Of a DNA stretch of 64,000 nt, positions 1 through 10,338 are shown one piece after another. Each line of letters starts with the position of its first letter. The stretch's first letter is position 1. The position numbers and the translations under genes were made by a program. The notes beneath the pieces are model-generated. The model saw only the letters and a list, made by a program, of their open reading frames with translations. It was not told where the DNA came from and did not search any database. Where the stretch lies: sequence record PV785814.1; one strand, given 5' to 3'.

Positions 1-37
1 CGCTTTCAAAAATAATCATCTTTTTTCTCGAATTCGG

Positions 38-99
38 TTGACTGTATTACTTATTTAGGTTAATATCTCTCTCATCGACACGAAAGAGAGAATATTATG
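38..99 (+). promoter_or_regulatory. Early sigma70-like promoter and conserved leader
   Basis: TTGACT(38-43)-17 bp-TAATAT(61-66), then ATCGACACGAAAGAGAGAATATTATG, the leader shared by many units in the window. Confidence 0.75.
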
Positions 100-792
100 A
101 CTCACGCAGCACGCAAATTTGTATACGACATCTTCCATGATGAGCTTAAAAAGCCGTCTGTGAACTTAGACGTATTTAAAATCACAGGTTCAGATGGTAA
201 GCCAGTTCTCAACTATCTAACTAATCTGCATATACGCAAACAACGCTTTGTTATGTTTGTGAGTAAACGACATGATACCAAGTACGGTCGTTCTCATTGG
301 TCGCATGATATTCGTGACGATCATGACAAAATCGAAGGCACGTGGTCGAGCGTGGCGAAAGAAATCATTAAACGCAAAGCTGAATACGCAAACTACGTGA
401 CTAAGACTTATCTTGATTACGACTACGATGTTGAAGAGCCAACACTTTCGATCATCGAAAAGATGTTGACCAAGCCGAAGCGTTTTCACGTTGCAAAGTA
501 CATCAATTACGAATTCGTCATTAGCAATACGAACGACTCAATTGTTCTGATTGACCGAGATACTGGCGTGAAATTCGTTGTGAAATCTCACGATTTTCGA
601 CATAGTGGATCACGTTTGCGACTCGCGACACCTGCAAACGTGTTTAACTCTAACGAAGAGGAATCACTTTGTTGTGCAATTGAAAATGTTGTGAGTTCTC
701 GCATCAATGATATTCGCGCTAAGAAACGTGCGAAAGAAGAAAAACGTCGCCAAGCGAAACGTCAACAACTATCTGAAGCATACGGAGCTTAA
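97..792 (+). CDS. Hypothetical early protein
   Basis: 231-aa ORF directly behind the promoter and GAGAG RBS; no family recognised. Confidence 0.8.
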   Translation: MTHAARKFVYDIFHDELKKPSVNLDVFKITGSDGKPVLNYLTNLHIRKQRFVMFVSKRHDTKYGRSHWSHDIRDDHDKIEGTWSSVAKEIIKRKAEYANYVTKTYLDYDYDVEEPTLSIIEKMLTKPKRFHVAKYINYEFVISNTNDSIVLIDRDTGVKFVVKSHDFRHSGSRLRLATPANVFNSNEEESLCCAIENVVSSRINDIRAKKRAKEEKRRQAKRQQLSEAYGA

Positions 793-794
793 TC

Positions 795-2619
795 ATGGCA
801 TATCAAGTAATCAACGGTAAATTGCGCAAAGTCAAGAAAGAAAAGCCCCGCGACTACGACAAAGAATGGTCGAAGATGCACGAAACTGCCAAGAAGCAAG
901 TCGAAATCATGGATCGTTTTCGTGAACGTGAAGAAATCGACCGTCTAGGTACACGCGAACGTCACGAAGCAATGATTGAACTTGCACAGCGCAACGAGCG
1001 CAAAGGCAAGAAAGGTGGCGATTGCAACGTAACTCAGTGTCAAAAGCCAGGTGCAAGCTCTTACAATACAGCAATGCGTGCGTATTACTGTGAGTGTTGT
1101 GCTCAAGAAATTTGGCTAGCAGGTCAACGCGACGGTCGCGACTTCATTCGACCAACGCCAGACTATACCTACAAATACGAGGGTTAATCTCATGAATGAA
1201 TTTGTATTAGCCATGTTCATTTTTTCATTCGTGATGGCAAACATCGGTTCGATTTTCATTTGCATGTATGCAGCATATAATCGCAAGTACAACGTACCGA
1301 TGATCTTAGTCTCGCTGTACGGATTCATTGGTACGCTTGTTGTTGCAGTCGTGTTCTTGATTTTATTCATAATTGCCAGAGTAGAAGAAACAAAGTTCTG
1401 GCAGAAATTCGCTAAAATGAGAGAATTTTAATGAAAAACATTATTCTGGTAGATCATAAAGAACCGACAACTGCAATTGCTGTTAAATGTGATGTCGATG
1501 ATTCTGAAATCAATATCATGCACTTCAAAGATGTTGGTTTGCAGCGCATATACTCGGCTAATATGATTGCAGTCGAAGATGCAAATGGTAAGCTAATTCT
1601 TGTCAAGAATCGCTATGCAATGAGCGCACACGAAGACAAGATTCGTTTCAACACAATAGACGGTATGATTGCATACATGAATGCGTTCTTGATTGACGCT
1701 GCATTGCCGACCATCAACAAAGTTGTAGTTGAGCAGAAACAATATTTCGACCTAGAGGTACGTGGACTATGAGCTTTGAAACAAAGATTATCTGTTATGC
1801 AGCACACGTGACAGAGTTTGAACCGGGATGGGGCACGCGCCCTGATGGTTACATTATCGCGAAGAGCGAAGCAGACGTCCGAGCGAAGGGCTTGCAGATG
1901 CAAGAAATCGCTAAAACGTCGAAGCACGGCTATGAGTATATCGGTGAGATCTTCAAGTTCGAACCAACTCAGAAAGCAATTGATGAACTAACCGACCGTG
2001 ACTATATCTGGACTGGTCGTAACTTTACTGAATGGGGCACAGCACTATGATTATTTTCTTACTTGTATCGTTCTTTCTAGGCGCGTATTTCATGAGCGAA
2101 CTACCGCCGAATCTTCGATACAAATGCACAAATCCAAAGCAGTTCTGGTCTGCTGCAACACGCTTGCAACAACTTGCACTAGTTTTCGGGTTCGTTGGTG
2201 TAATCTTCTTCTACCTGCTTGTAATTGTGTTGTCTGGGTGGAATAAGCTGAAGAACTCTAGCTGGAACAAGAAGGCATGATCGTAATTCAGCACGCAAGT
2301 GATGGGTATATCGTGCAGGTTGGGTGTGACATTTGTTGCACCCCTGACATAGACAAAGCAGACTCATTCGAGACCGTTGACGTTGCAACTGCATTCAAAG
2401 ATCAATGGGACTTATGGGATTGGGAGGTGAAACGTGTATCGCCATGAAATTGAAGAAATGATTGAAAAACGTGGGTTTACTGCGGGTGAAGCAATTAACG
2501 AGTATAGCGAGTCTCGCTGGCAAGTTATTGAGAATGGTACAGTGATTTACGAGTCATACAACGAATACTGTATTGAAGCGTTCTTGCTAGGTATTGATTA
2601 CGTACAAGACGCACTATAA
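795..2619 (+). CDS. Block of small hypothetical ORFs (795-1187 with CxxxxC/CxxC motifs; 1192-1431 membrane; 1431-1772; 1769-2050; 2047-2280 membrane; a short ORF 2277-2459 region; 2434-2619)
   Basis: Abutting or overlapping start/stop codons (TAATG, ATGA) typical of phage operons. Confidence 0.65.
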
Positions 2620-2639
2620 GCCGCTGATGCGGCTTTTTT
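2618..2639 (+). terminator. Intrinsic terminator
   Basis: AAGCCGC-TGAT-GCGGCTT followed by a T run. Confidence 0.8.
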
Positions 2640-2660
2640 CGGTTTGAGGAATGCTAAATA

Positions 2661-2945
2661 ATGATAGTCAATATTGCTCATCATTCTTTTGATGTGTACA
2701 TTGGTCGCGGCACCCCGTACGGAAATCCATTTAAAAGTGGAACAGACGGCACTCGGAGCGAAGTTATAGAGCTTTATCGAGAGTGGTTGCGCATTCAGTT
2801 ACAAGACGACGAATTTAAAAAGCAGTTTATGCAACTAAAAGGAAAGATTCTCGGATGTCATTGTAAGCCAAAAGCATGCCATGGCGATGTAATTCTCGAA
2901 GAACTTGATAGATTGAGCAGTCCACTAAACAATTTTATAGGTTAA
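2661..2945 (+). CDS. DUF4326-family protein
   Basis: DVYIGRGTPYGNPF and LGCHCKPKACHGDV motifs. Confidence 0.8.
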   Translation: MIVNIAHHSFDVYIGRGTPYGNPFKSGTDGTRSEVIELYREWLRIQLQDDEFKKQFMQLKGKILGCHCKPKACHGDVILEELDRLSSPLNNFIG

Positions 2946-2949
2946 ATCT

Positions 2950-3243
2950 ATGAGAGAAGCAATTGCATTACTAAGCAACACGAGAATGGGATATACTGAC
3001 ATAAGCGCGTTTGGCGACCCAGTATTATTTGTTCATGCGGGGCATGAAACAGTTTTAAAGGTGCAATACACAGAAGATTGCTACTCATTTTTCGACTACA
3101 AAAGCAATTATCTTTATGAAGAACAGACGATAGATGATCTTGAGCTTCATATTAAATCAATCGAAGTTGGTCTTGACGACGATCTGCCATTAAATGGTAA
3201 CATCGACAAAGACACAATACCAGATGGGGAATTTTTAGAATGA
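2950..3243 (+). CDS. Hypothetical acidic protein
   Basis: 97-aa ORF whose stop overlaps the next start. Confidence 0.65.
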   Translation: MREAIALLSNTRMGYTDISAFGDPVLFVHAGHETVLKVQYTEDCYSFFDYKSNYLYEEQTIDDLELHIKSIEVGLDDDLPLNGNIDKDTIPDGEFLE

Positions 3244-4160
3244 AGTTTAGTGAATATCAAAGAATAAACGAATCTCTAGATCGCCCTGCTAATTATAAAC
3301 TGGTTAGAGAACTCCCAAATTTAAACGTGTATGCGTTTCAAGTTGGTGGTGTTTATTATGAAATAGACATTCAGAAATCAAACATACGAGAGCCTAACGG
3401 GATGCAGTCAATGAAAGCTGAAGTCTCATTCAAAGCACTCGACGGTAGTGGTTATCAACTAACCAAAAAAGACGATAAAACAGCACGAATTGTACTATCA
3501 ACCGTAGTTGATGCTATCTTCAGCTTCGTACGCGAATACAATCCTGCTCAAATATTATATTCCGCATTCAACGATGCTGATCCTTCAGATGCTGCTAAAC
3601 GACTTCGTTTATATCAGATCATGACTAAAGCAAAACTGCGTGAATTCCCCGAATATGATTTCCGAAACGTTGGGCGTGATTTCATCGTCTACGATGTCAA
3701 TTACCAAAAACGAGTCGAGGAATTTTCAAGAAGAGCACGTAGACCAGTGGGATATGAAGAAAGATCAGACCACGTTGAAGTGAATTTATCACATGCCAAC
3801 GCCTTTGCGTTTATACGAGCGTTTGGGGTAAATGATGGCGACTCAAAGAGCGGCGTACTAGGTAAAGGTCGAGCTTTCGTAGGCGCAACAAACGAAATTA
3901 AAGCACGTCTAAGAGTAGATCGTGTGGTGTATGAAATGTCTGATAGAGAAGGATGGCTTGCGGCTCTTCAGCACCCTATTTTTGACTATGGCGAGGGTCC
4001 TGAAGTTGATCGAACATATCTAGTCGGGGCATTTAAAAACTTCTATATCGTGTTGACTAGTCAAACAAGTCTAAAAATATACACCGATGATGCTGCGTTT
4101 ACAAAATATGTGAATGCATTCGACGCGCCATGGTTAAACCCAGAAATAATGGAATCTTAA
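3240..4160 (+). CDS. Candidate capsid-internal protein, paralog A
   Basis: N-terminus MKFSEYQRINE-S resembles T4 internal-protein targeting peptides with an (I/L)xE prohead-protease site; N-terminal domain shared with 4162-5013. Confidence 0.55.
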   Translation: MKFSEYQRINESLDRPANYKLVRELPNLNVYAFQVGGVYYEIDIQKSNIREPNGMQSMKAEVSFKALDGSGYQLTKKDDKTARIVLSTVVDAIFSFVREYNPAQILYSAFNDADPSDAAKRLRLYQIMTKAKLREFPEYDFRNVGRDFIVYDVNYQKRVEEFSRRARRPVGYEERSDHVEVNLSHANAFAFIRAFGVNDGDSKSGVLGKGRAFVGATNEIKARLRVDRVVYEMSDREGWLAALQHPIFDYGEGPEVDRTYLVGAFKNFYIVLTSQTSLKIYTDDAAFTKYVNAFDAPWLNPEIMES

Positions 4161-4161
4161 A

Positions 4162-5013
4162 ATGAAATTTAGCGAATATCAAAACGAGCTAACAGAAGCA
4201 TTTGATCGACCTGCACAGATCACAGCACGTCGTGGCAATCAGAGTTTTTTCATGATTGGTGACACTGAGTACATGGTCGGGTTGTATTACGACGACTCGA
4301 AAAAATCACTAGGAGTTGACTTCATGCATAAGCCGGGTGATTCAGCAACGTACTACTACAGCTTAGCCAAAGGCAACTCAAAAGACGCAATGACTGTTTT
4401 TGCCACAGTGATTGCAGAAATCAAGCGACTTATGAAAGACAACCCGGTAAATAAAATCAGCTTTAGCGCGTTTCAAGACTCTGATAGCTCAGATGCTAAA
4501 AAGCGTTTCCGTTTGTACAAGCGTATGGCAGAACGTTTCAGCAAAGAGCTTGGGTTCAGGATGACCACGTATGGCGATTCTTTCGTCATGACACGTGTAA
4601 ATCCTATTGCAGTCAATGTAGAAGAGCCGACTGGTTATGATACAGCGTGGGGTACTGAAATGCTCGATTTGTATGAAGTCAACGACGCTGCAATTGCGAA
4701 AGTAACAGAAGGCGATGGTGAATGGCGTTTGAATAACTGGAACAAGCTGATTGTTCGAAACGGAAAAGTAACGCTAACATCGGGCCCGATTCGCATGTCA
4801 GACGCTTGGTACGATGCGTTTTACGACTTAGAATGGTATCACGATGAAGAAGGCGAACAATGGTTCGATGATGAACAGAAGATCGCGATCATCAATGGTA
4901 AAGTTTGGGTCATCCATGACATGGAAATTACTATTTGGCCAAGCATTGAGAAATTAGAACTGCAAAGTGACTCGGAATTATCAAGCGGGACACGTCAATT
5001 GCTCGGATATTAA
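4162..5013 (+). CDS. Candidate capsid-internal protein, paralog B
   Basis: MKFSEYQNELTE-A; shares (FSA)F.D.D.SDA.KR.RLY segment with 3240-4160. Confidence 0.55.
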   Translation: MKFSEYQNELTEAFDRPAQITARRGNQSFFMIGDTEYMVGLYYDDSKKSLGVDFMHKPGDSATYYYSLAKGNSKDAMTVFATVIAEIKRLMKDNPVNKISFSAFQDSDSSDAKKRFRLYKRMAERFSKELGFRMTTYGDSFVMTRVNPIAVNVEEPTGYDTAWGTEMLDLYEVNDAAIAKVTEGDGEWRLNNWNKLIVRNGKVTLTSGPIRMSDAWYDAFYDLEWYHDEEGEQWFDDEQKIAIINGKVWVIHDMEITIWPSIEKLELQSDSELSSGTRQLLGY

Positions 5014-5017
5014 TCAG

Positions 5018-5042
5018 AAAGGTAGCTTCGGCTACCTTTTTT
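5018..5042 (+). terminator. Intrinsic terminator with C(UUCG)G tetraloop
   Basis: AAAGGTAGC-TTCG-GCTACCTTT followed by more T. Confidence 0.85.
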
Positions 5043-5063
5043 CGTTTTTATTGCAAAAAGTGG

Positions 5064-5125
5064 TTGCATCAAATACTCGAAACGCCTATTATAGCTACAT
5101 CGAAACGAAAGAGGAAAACGAAATG
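5064..5125 (+). promoter_or_regulatory. Early promoter and conserved leader
   Basis: TTGCAT(5064-69)-17-TATTAT(5087-92)-AGCTACATCGAAACGA, RBS, ATG at 5123. Confidence 0.8.
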
Positions 5126-5797
5126 GACGTAACATCTAAGCTTGAGTTGAGCATGAAAGAGTTCGTTAACGTACCGTACAACGTGTACAAGACGCATTCT
5201 CTAGTTGGTCAAGCAAGTGAACATATCAACAATCACTTCAACCAACCGGGTGAAATCGTGACTTCAAACGTAATGTACGTTGAAATCAACGGCGGTATTG
5301 TGTATGCTGTGACGCACTCTAAGAGTCGTTATCAGCTAACCAACGTGTCTTTTGACGAGATTACGCACATGGTTCACGTTGCAGCCGAACGCGGTATCAA
5401 TATTCCGCTTTACAAGAACTAGAAAAACTGCTTTAATACAATCTGATTTTACTTTTTGAATTACTTTTGAGAGAAATATATTATGACTACTATCGTTAAC
5501 TTCACTGCTGCAATCGAACTAACTACTAAAGCTCTAGTTGAAACAAATCGCATCGAAGGTCGTTTCTACAACTCGACTATCGGTCACGAGCAAGGTGAGC
5601 AGTCAAAAACTGCTGCAATCGAAGCTTTCAAAGTAATTGACGGTAAAGTGTATGCAGAAACTCGCAACTGCGTGTTCCACTTACGCAACCTTTCTTCTCT
5701 AGCACTTGCTGACTTCAACACAATCAATGCACCTGTGTACTTGAAGCAAGCTGATGCGAAGTTCGACGAAATGGTTAAAGCAGCGTTATTCGCGTAA
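5123..5797 (+). CDS. Two hypothetical early proteins (5123-5422; 5483-5797)
   Basis: Starts chosen from promoter/RBS context; the track start at 4967 overlaps the terminator and promoter. Confidence 0.7.
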
Positions 5798-6249
5798 TGT
5801 ACCCGAAGAACAAAAGCTATTATGACTTGGTGTATCTTGACATCGCCAAGTCATTTGCTAAGAAAAGCACCTGCAAGCAGAAGCAAGTAGGTGCTGTCAT
5901 CGTCAAGAATGATCGCATTATCTCTCATGGTTACAATGGCACGCCGTCTGGTATGATTCATTGTCGCGATACTGCCGATTACGGTGATTTAACGCATCGT
6001 CAATGGTCAGAGATTCACGAGATACATGCCGAGCAAAACGCGATTTGCTACGCTGCACGCGCTGGCATATCAACTGAAGGCGCAACGATGTATGTAACAG
6101 CGTCGCCATGTCACAACTGTGCCAAGCTGATTGTAGCGGCTGGTATCAAAATTCTCATTGTTGGTTCGATTTACAGTGGCTCACAACCCGACTGGTGGCA
6201 TTGGCTACGTGATCGCGGTGTCAAAGTTATTTCGTTCGAAGACGAATAA
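5797..6249 (+). CDS. cd: dCMP deaminase
   Basis: GYNGTPSG, HAEQNAI and PCHNC zinc-deaminase motifs. Confidence 0.95.
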   Translation: MYPKNKSYYDLVYLDIAKSFAKKSTCKQKQVGAVIVKNDRIISHGYNGTPSGMIHCRDTADYGDLTHRQWSEIHEIHAEQNAICYAARAGISTEGATMYVTASPCHNCAKLIVAAGIKILIVGSIYSGSQPDWWHWLRDRGVKVISFEDE

Positions 6250-6303
6250 TGTTTAATATAAGTAATTCGGACTTATAATAGAGCTTTAACAAGAGAGAAA
6301 CAT

Positions 6304-7230
6304 ATGAAAAGTACAATGTTTTTAAACAATATCACGTGTATCGACCATGCATGGGTTGACGATATGGGTGAAATTAATGGTAACAGCTACAATCTTTGTG
6401 CTGAGATTACCGGTGAAGTTGACGAAACTGAACAAGTCGTGATTGATTTCAGCGGCTGTAAGAAAGCAATCAAGCATCTTGTAGACGATTCTGAATTCGC
6501 TATCGACCATCGTCTAGTTATCGTCGAGGGGTTTAGTGATGCGGTGTTGTCTCAAGTTGAAGATCGTCTTCGAATGCAAGTAGACACGCCAGTTTTCCAC
6601 GCAGTGTCTACAGTAAACGACTGGTATCAAGTCATCAAACCTAGCGAACTGATTGAAACAGACTTCAGAATCCCTAGCGATTCGCTGTACATGTCATATG
6701 TTGCTGAGTATCTTGAAGATATGCTACTTGAGCAGCTACGCAAGCAAGGTTATCCTGTTACACACGTCGCTGTAGAGCTTTCAGAGTCGTTTGACTTACC
6801 ATCATGGGCAAACAGTCACGTTGAATTCAATTACGCTCACGGGCTGCGTTCAAGCACTTCTTACGGGTGTCAGAATATCGCACACGGTCACCGTTCGTTC
6901 ATTGCAGTAGATCAGCACTTGAACAGCAAAGGTCGCAAGGTACTGAAGCGCATTGCCAAAGAAATGAGCGGCTATATTGCTTGGTCAGACAACATTCGCA
7001 AAGAAGATGAAGTGTCATACAAGTCACAGCGCGGTAACTTCTACATGCGTCACGAAAACATGATCGTGATACCAACTGAAACTACAGTTGAAAATCTCGC
7101 AAACTACATTGCAACGACATACGAAGAAGAATTCCAACGAATGGGTGTTCAGCGTGTGTGGGTTTCAGAGGGTCTATCAAAAGGCTCAGTCGTTGACATC
7201 AAAATCAACAAAGAATTGCTCTATAAGTAA
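6304..7230 (+). CDS. queD: QueD-like 6-carboxytetrahydropterin synthase (long two-domain form)
   Basis: CIDHA..GNSY..VVIDFS..K..K..VD..IDHR N-domain and a second HGL..GCQNIAHGHRS domain; adjacent to folE. Confidence 0.75.
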   Translation: MKSTMFLNNITCIDHAWVDDMGEINGNSYNLCAEITGEVDETEQVVIDFSGCKKAIKHLVDDSEFAIDHRLVIVEGFSDAVLSQVEDRLRMQVDTPVFHAVSTVNDWYQVIKPSELIETDFRIPSDSLYMSYVAEYLEDMLLEQLRKQGYPVTHVAVELSESFDLPSWANSHVEFNYAHGLRSSTSYGCQNIAHGHRSFIAVDQHLNSKGRKVLKRIAKEMSGYIAWSDNIRKEDEVSYKSQRGNFYMRHENMIVIPTETTVENLANYIATTYEEEFQRMGVQRVWVSEGLSKGSVVDIKINKELLYK

Positions 7231-7297
7231 TCAACAATAATTGTTTAGTAGCACGTCTCGGCGTGCTATTATTGTTTTCTATCAATGAGGAAATAGA

Positions 7298-7966
7298 ATG
7301 TTAGACAAAAATAAAGTAGATCCTATCCTAGGACAAAAAGTTGAAGCGCATCTTCGCAAAATCGGAATGCACACGCCGACTGTTGAAAACGGTCTAACTG
7401 ATGATGAAAAGAAAGCGATTCTTGAAGATCGATTTACTGACATCATGCAAGCTCTTGGTCTTGACTTGTCAGACGATTCGCTAGTCGATACGCCAAAGCG
7501 TTGGGCTAAGATGATGGTAAACGAGCTTATGAGCGGTCTATCGCCAGATATGTTCCCAAAATGTACGGCAGTAGACAACAAAATGAACTACGACCAGATG
7601 GTTTGTGAAAAAGGCATTACTGTTCTTTCACAATGTGAACATCACATCGTAACAATCGACGGGTTTGCAACGGTTGCATACATCCCGAAGAACAAAGTTC
7701 TTGGTCTTTCTAAGATGAATCGCATTGTTGAGTACTTCGCTCGACGCCCGCAGATTCAAGAGCGTTTGACTGTTCAAATCGCTGAAGCACTGAAGTTCAT
7801 TCTTGAAACTGAAGATGTTGCAGTGTTGATCGACGCCAAACACTACTGCGTGAAAGCACGCGGTGTTGAAGATAACAACTCAAGCACAGTGACTAGCCAC
7901 TTATCTGGTGCTTTCCGCAACGAACCAGAGGCTCGCGCTGAGTTTATGTCACTTGCACGAGGGTAA
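7298..7966 (+). CDS. folE: GTP cyclohydrolase I
   Basis: DTPKRWAKM, SQCEHH, GLSKMNRIVEYFARRPQIQERLT, HYCVKARG. Confidence 0.97.
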   Translation: MLDKNKVDPILGQKVEAHLRKIGMHTPTVENGLTDDEKKAILEDRFTDIMQALGLDLSDDSLVDTPKRWAKMMVNELMSGLSPDMFPKCTAVDNKMNYDQMVCEKGITVLSQCEHHIVTIDGFATVAYIPKNKVLGLSKMNRIVEYFARRPQIQERLTVQIAEALKFILETEDVAVLIDAKHYCVKARGVEDNNSSTVTSHLSGAFRNEPEARAEFMSLARG

Positions 7967-7969
7967 TTG

Positions 7970-9346
7970 ATGATCATTGAATACGTTATGTCTGCGACGG
8001 GTCATGCTCGTCTTGGTGCAGCACATAAACTAATGGACGTGGTTGACACGTCCTATTTGCGTAAAATTCTAGACGCAGCACAAGACCTCGATGGTGTTCA
8101 CAAAATCAGTATGCTGTACAACGCATATACTGAGAAGAAAGTCGGTCATCAAATCAATGATTTGTTCGGTGATTCTGTGTACAAAGTACACGTCGATTCT
8201 GGCGGTCTTCAGATTGTCAACCTAGGTTTAGACAACACACCAGAGCTTCGTAAAGCTGTTTACGAGAATCAAGCAGAGTCTGGTGACATTGGTATGTGTT
8301 TCGATGAAATCCCGTTGCACAATGAAGCAAAAGGCGGTGGCGCTGCTCGTATCAACACGAAAGATAAAGTTTTCATGTATGATCTAGCGTACAAGTACGG
8401 TGTCAAGACTGGCAAGAACATTCGCGCACAGATTGAGACGTATATCGCAACTGAAAGCAAGTGCAAGCCGTATATCATCTTACAAGGCAACTCAGACGAT
8501 GACTTCAAAGCATTCAGTGACGGCATTATGTCGCAACTCGAAGGCGTTGAAGAGTACATTGCTGGTTGTGCTGCTGCCGATACATGTATTGGTAATGGCG
8601 TACGTGAATCAATCGACATGATGAGCGTTATACCAAAGCTCAACATACCAGAACAAGCAAAGAAATCAGTTCACATGCTTGGGGTTGGGTCTGTTAAACG
8701 TCTATTGCCCGCTGTAGCTCTTATTAGAAGCGGTTATTTCGGTGATGAATTTCATATTAGCTATGACTCATCAACACACACGGGTTGTTTAACCAACCGT
8801 GAATACACAGATAAGCTCGGTCGTCGTAAGAAAATCTCAGGTCATGGTATCTTCAAAGATGGTAAGAAATTGCCTTCTCGTGAACTTGATGAAATGCTCG
8901 ACGAAGTATGGGGTCGATTCGGTGCTGTGTTACCTCGTGACAAAGAAGAGTTCAAAGATTTCGCAACACGCTTGTGGTTGAAAGAACTCGACAAAGAAAC
9001 GATGACAAATGAAGATATTGTGTTTGAAGTTGCATGTAATTTGTGTATAATCTTATCTCAAGTTAACAACTTCCAAGCGATTATCTCTGAAACGTTTGAC
9101 TTGAACACGCCAAAAGCTGCTGACTTGTCAGCGTTCTTCGGTGGTTCAGTTGAGACTAAAGAGCCGCAAGAGGGTTTCAAGAAGTGGTCAGCGATTCGTC
9201 GCCTTGATGTTCTTGATAAACTGTTAGACGTGAACACAGTCGAAGCGTATGATCGCTGGCACAGTAGCTACGTTGACAGACTACCGTCTATGCGCATTCG
9301 TCGCGGTACAACTGCTGAATTCCCAGCTTTCAAAGAACAAGAATAG
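7970..9346 (+). CDS. TGT-superfamily guanine transglycosylase (DpdA-like candidate)
   Basis: VDSGGLQ, CFDEIP, IILQGN, HMLGVGS, SYDSST correspond to TGT catalytic motifs; no canonical CxCxxC Zn motif seen; embedded in the que cluster. Confidence 0.75.
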   Translation: MIIEYVMSATGHARLGAAHKLMDVVDTSYLRKILDAAQDLDGVHKISMLYNAYTEKKVGHQINDLFGDSVYKVHVDSGGLQIVNLGLDNTPELRKAVYENQAESGDIGMCFDEIPLHNEAKGGGAARINTKDKVFMYDLAYKYGVKTGKNIRAQIETYIATESKCKPYIILQGNSDDDFKAFSDGIMSQLEGVEEYIAGCAAADTCIGNGVRESIDMMSVIPKLNIPEQAKKSVHMLGVGSVKRLLPAVALIRSGYFGDEFHISYDSSTHTGCLTNREYTDKLGRRKKISGHGIFKDGKKLPSRELDEMLDEVWGRFGAVLPRDKEEFKDFATRLWLKELDKETMTNEDIVFEVACNLCIILSQVNNFQAIISETFDLNTPKAADLSAFFGGSVETKEPQEGFKKWSAIRRLDVLDKLLDVNTVEAYDRWHSSYVDRLPSMRIRRGTTAEFPAFKEQE

Positions 9347-9375
9347 CGCCCTCGGGCGCTCTTTATGAGGTATAC

Positions 9376-10284
9376 ATGAGCAATTACGATCAAGTTTCAG
9401 CTATTGCTGCTGAACACTTAGGTAAAAAAGCAGGCGATTACAGTGATTTCGTCAACATTGTAAGCATTCGACCTGACTTACTCGTACCAATCCCACGCGA
9501 GTTAAACCGAACTGATTACGGCATTACTAACAGCGACTTTGCAGGGTTTGATACTTGGCACGGCTTTGAAGTTTCATCACTGACTGAACAAGGTCTACCA
9601 GTATCTGGTATGGCGAAAGTCGTGTATCCGAGTGATTCACCGAACATCGTTGAAAGTAAGTCAATGAAACTATACTGGAACAGCTTCAACATGGCTAAAA
9701 TCGGTGATAATCGCGCTGAAGTAGCACGAGCAATCGAAGTTATTGCAGCACGCGATTTGACAAACATCATCGGTGCACCTGTTCAAGTGAGTTTCTTCAC
9801 TGAAAAGCTAACTCAACCGCATGGTATGACTGGCTTCGCAGAGCTTGACAAATACGTATCTGAAGAGACTGTTTTCGACTCTGAAAGCGGCGCTGATACT
9901 GATTTGCTGCAAGAATCGCACATCAAGCGTTTGAAAGTATTCACACCTAATCTACGCTCGAACTGTCGCGTTACGCATCAACCAGACTTCGGTGATTTGT
10001 ACGTGTACATGAGCGGTGAGAAGACCCCGACTGTAGATAGCTTAATGCAATACATCGTGTCTTTCCGCAAAGAGAATCATTTCCACGAAGAATGTGTCGA
10101 AATGATTTACAAAGCGTTACTTGATAAGTTCAACCCAACTGAGCTTATGGTAACTGCACTATACACACGTCGCGGTGGTTGGAATATCTGCCCTGCACGT
10201 GCAACGCACGAAGAGCTATTACCTGAAGCACTAGGTAGTAAATCTGTCTCGCACACTAACGGAAGCTGTTTATTCCGTCAGTAA
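9376..10284 (+). CDS. queF: NADPH-dependent preQ0 reductase, bimodular type
   Basis: ESKSMKLYWNSF QueF motif, SNCRVTHQPD (catalytic Cys/Asp), ENHFHEECVE, YTRRGG. Confidence 0.93.
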   Translation: MSNYDQVSAIAAEHLGKKAGDYSDFVNIVSIRPDLLVPIPRELNRTDYGITNSDFAGFDTWHGFEVSSLTEQGLPVSGMAKVVYPSDSPNIVESKSMKLYWNSFNMAKIGDNRAEVARAIEVIAARDLTNIIGAPVQVSFFTEKLTQPHGMTGFAELDKYVSEETVFDSESGADTDLLQESHIKRLKVFTPNLRSNCRVTHQPDFGDLYVYMSGEKTPTVDSLMQYIVSFRKENHFHEECVEMIYKALLDKFNPTELMVTALYTRRGGWNICPARATHEELLPEALGSKSVSHTNGSCLFRQ

Positions 10285-10338
10285 TAAGAGCTATAATGAG
10301 TGTTCAATAGTGAGCACTCATATACTTGAGAGGTTAAA

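Noticed and set aside
7970-9346. Canonical bacterial tRNA-guanine transglycosylase (tgt)
   Set aside because: Lacks the CxCxxC..H Zn site and is highly divergent; left as TGT/DpdA-like with no gene symbol
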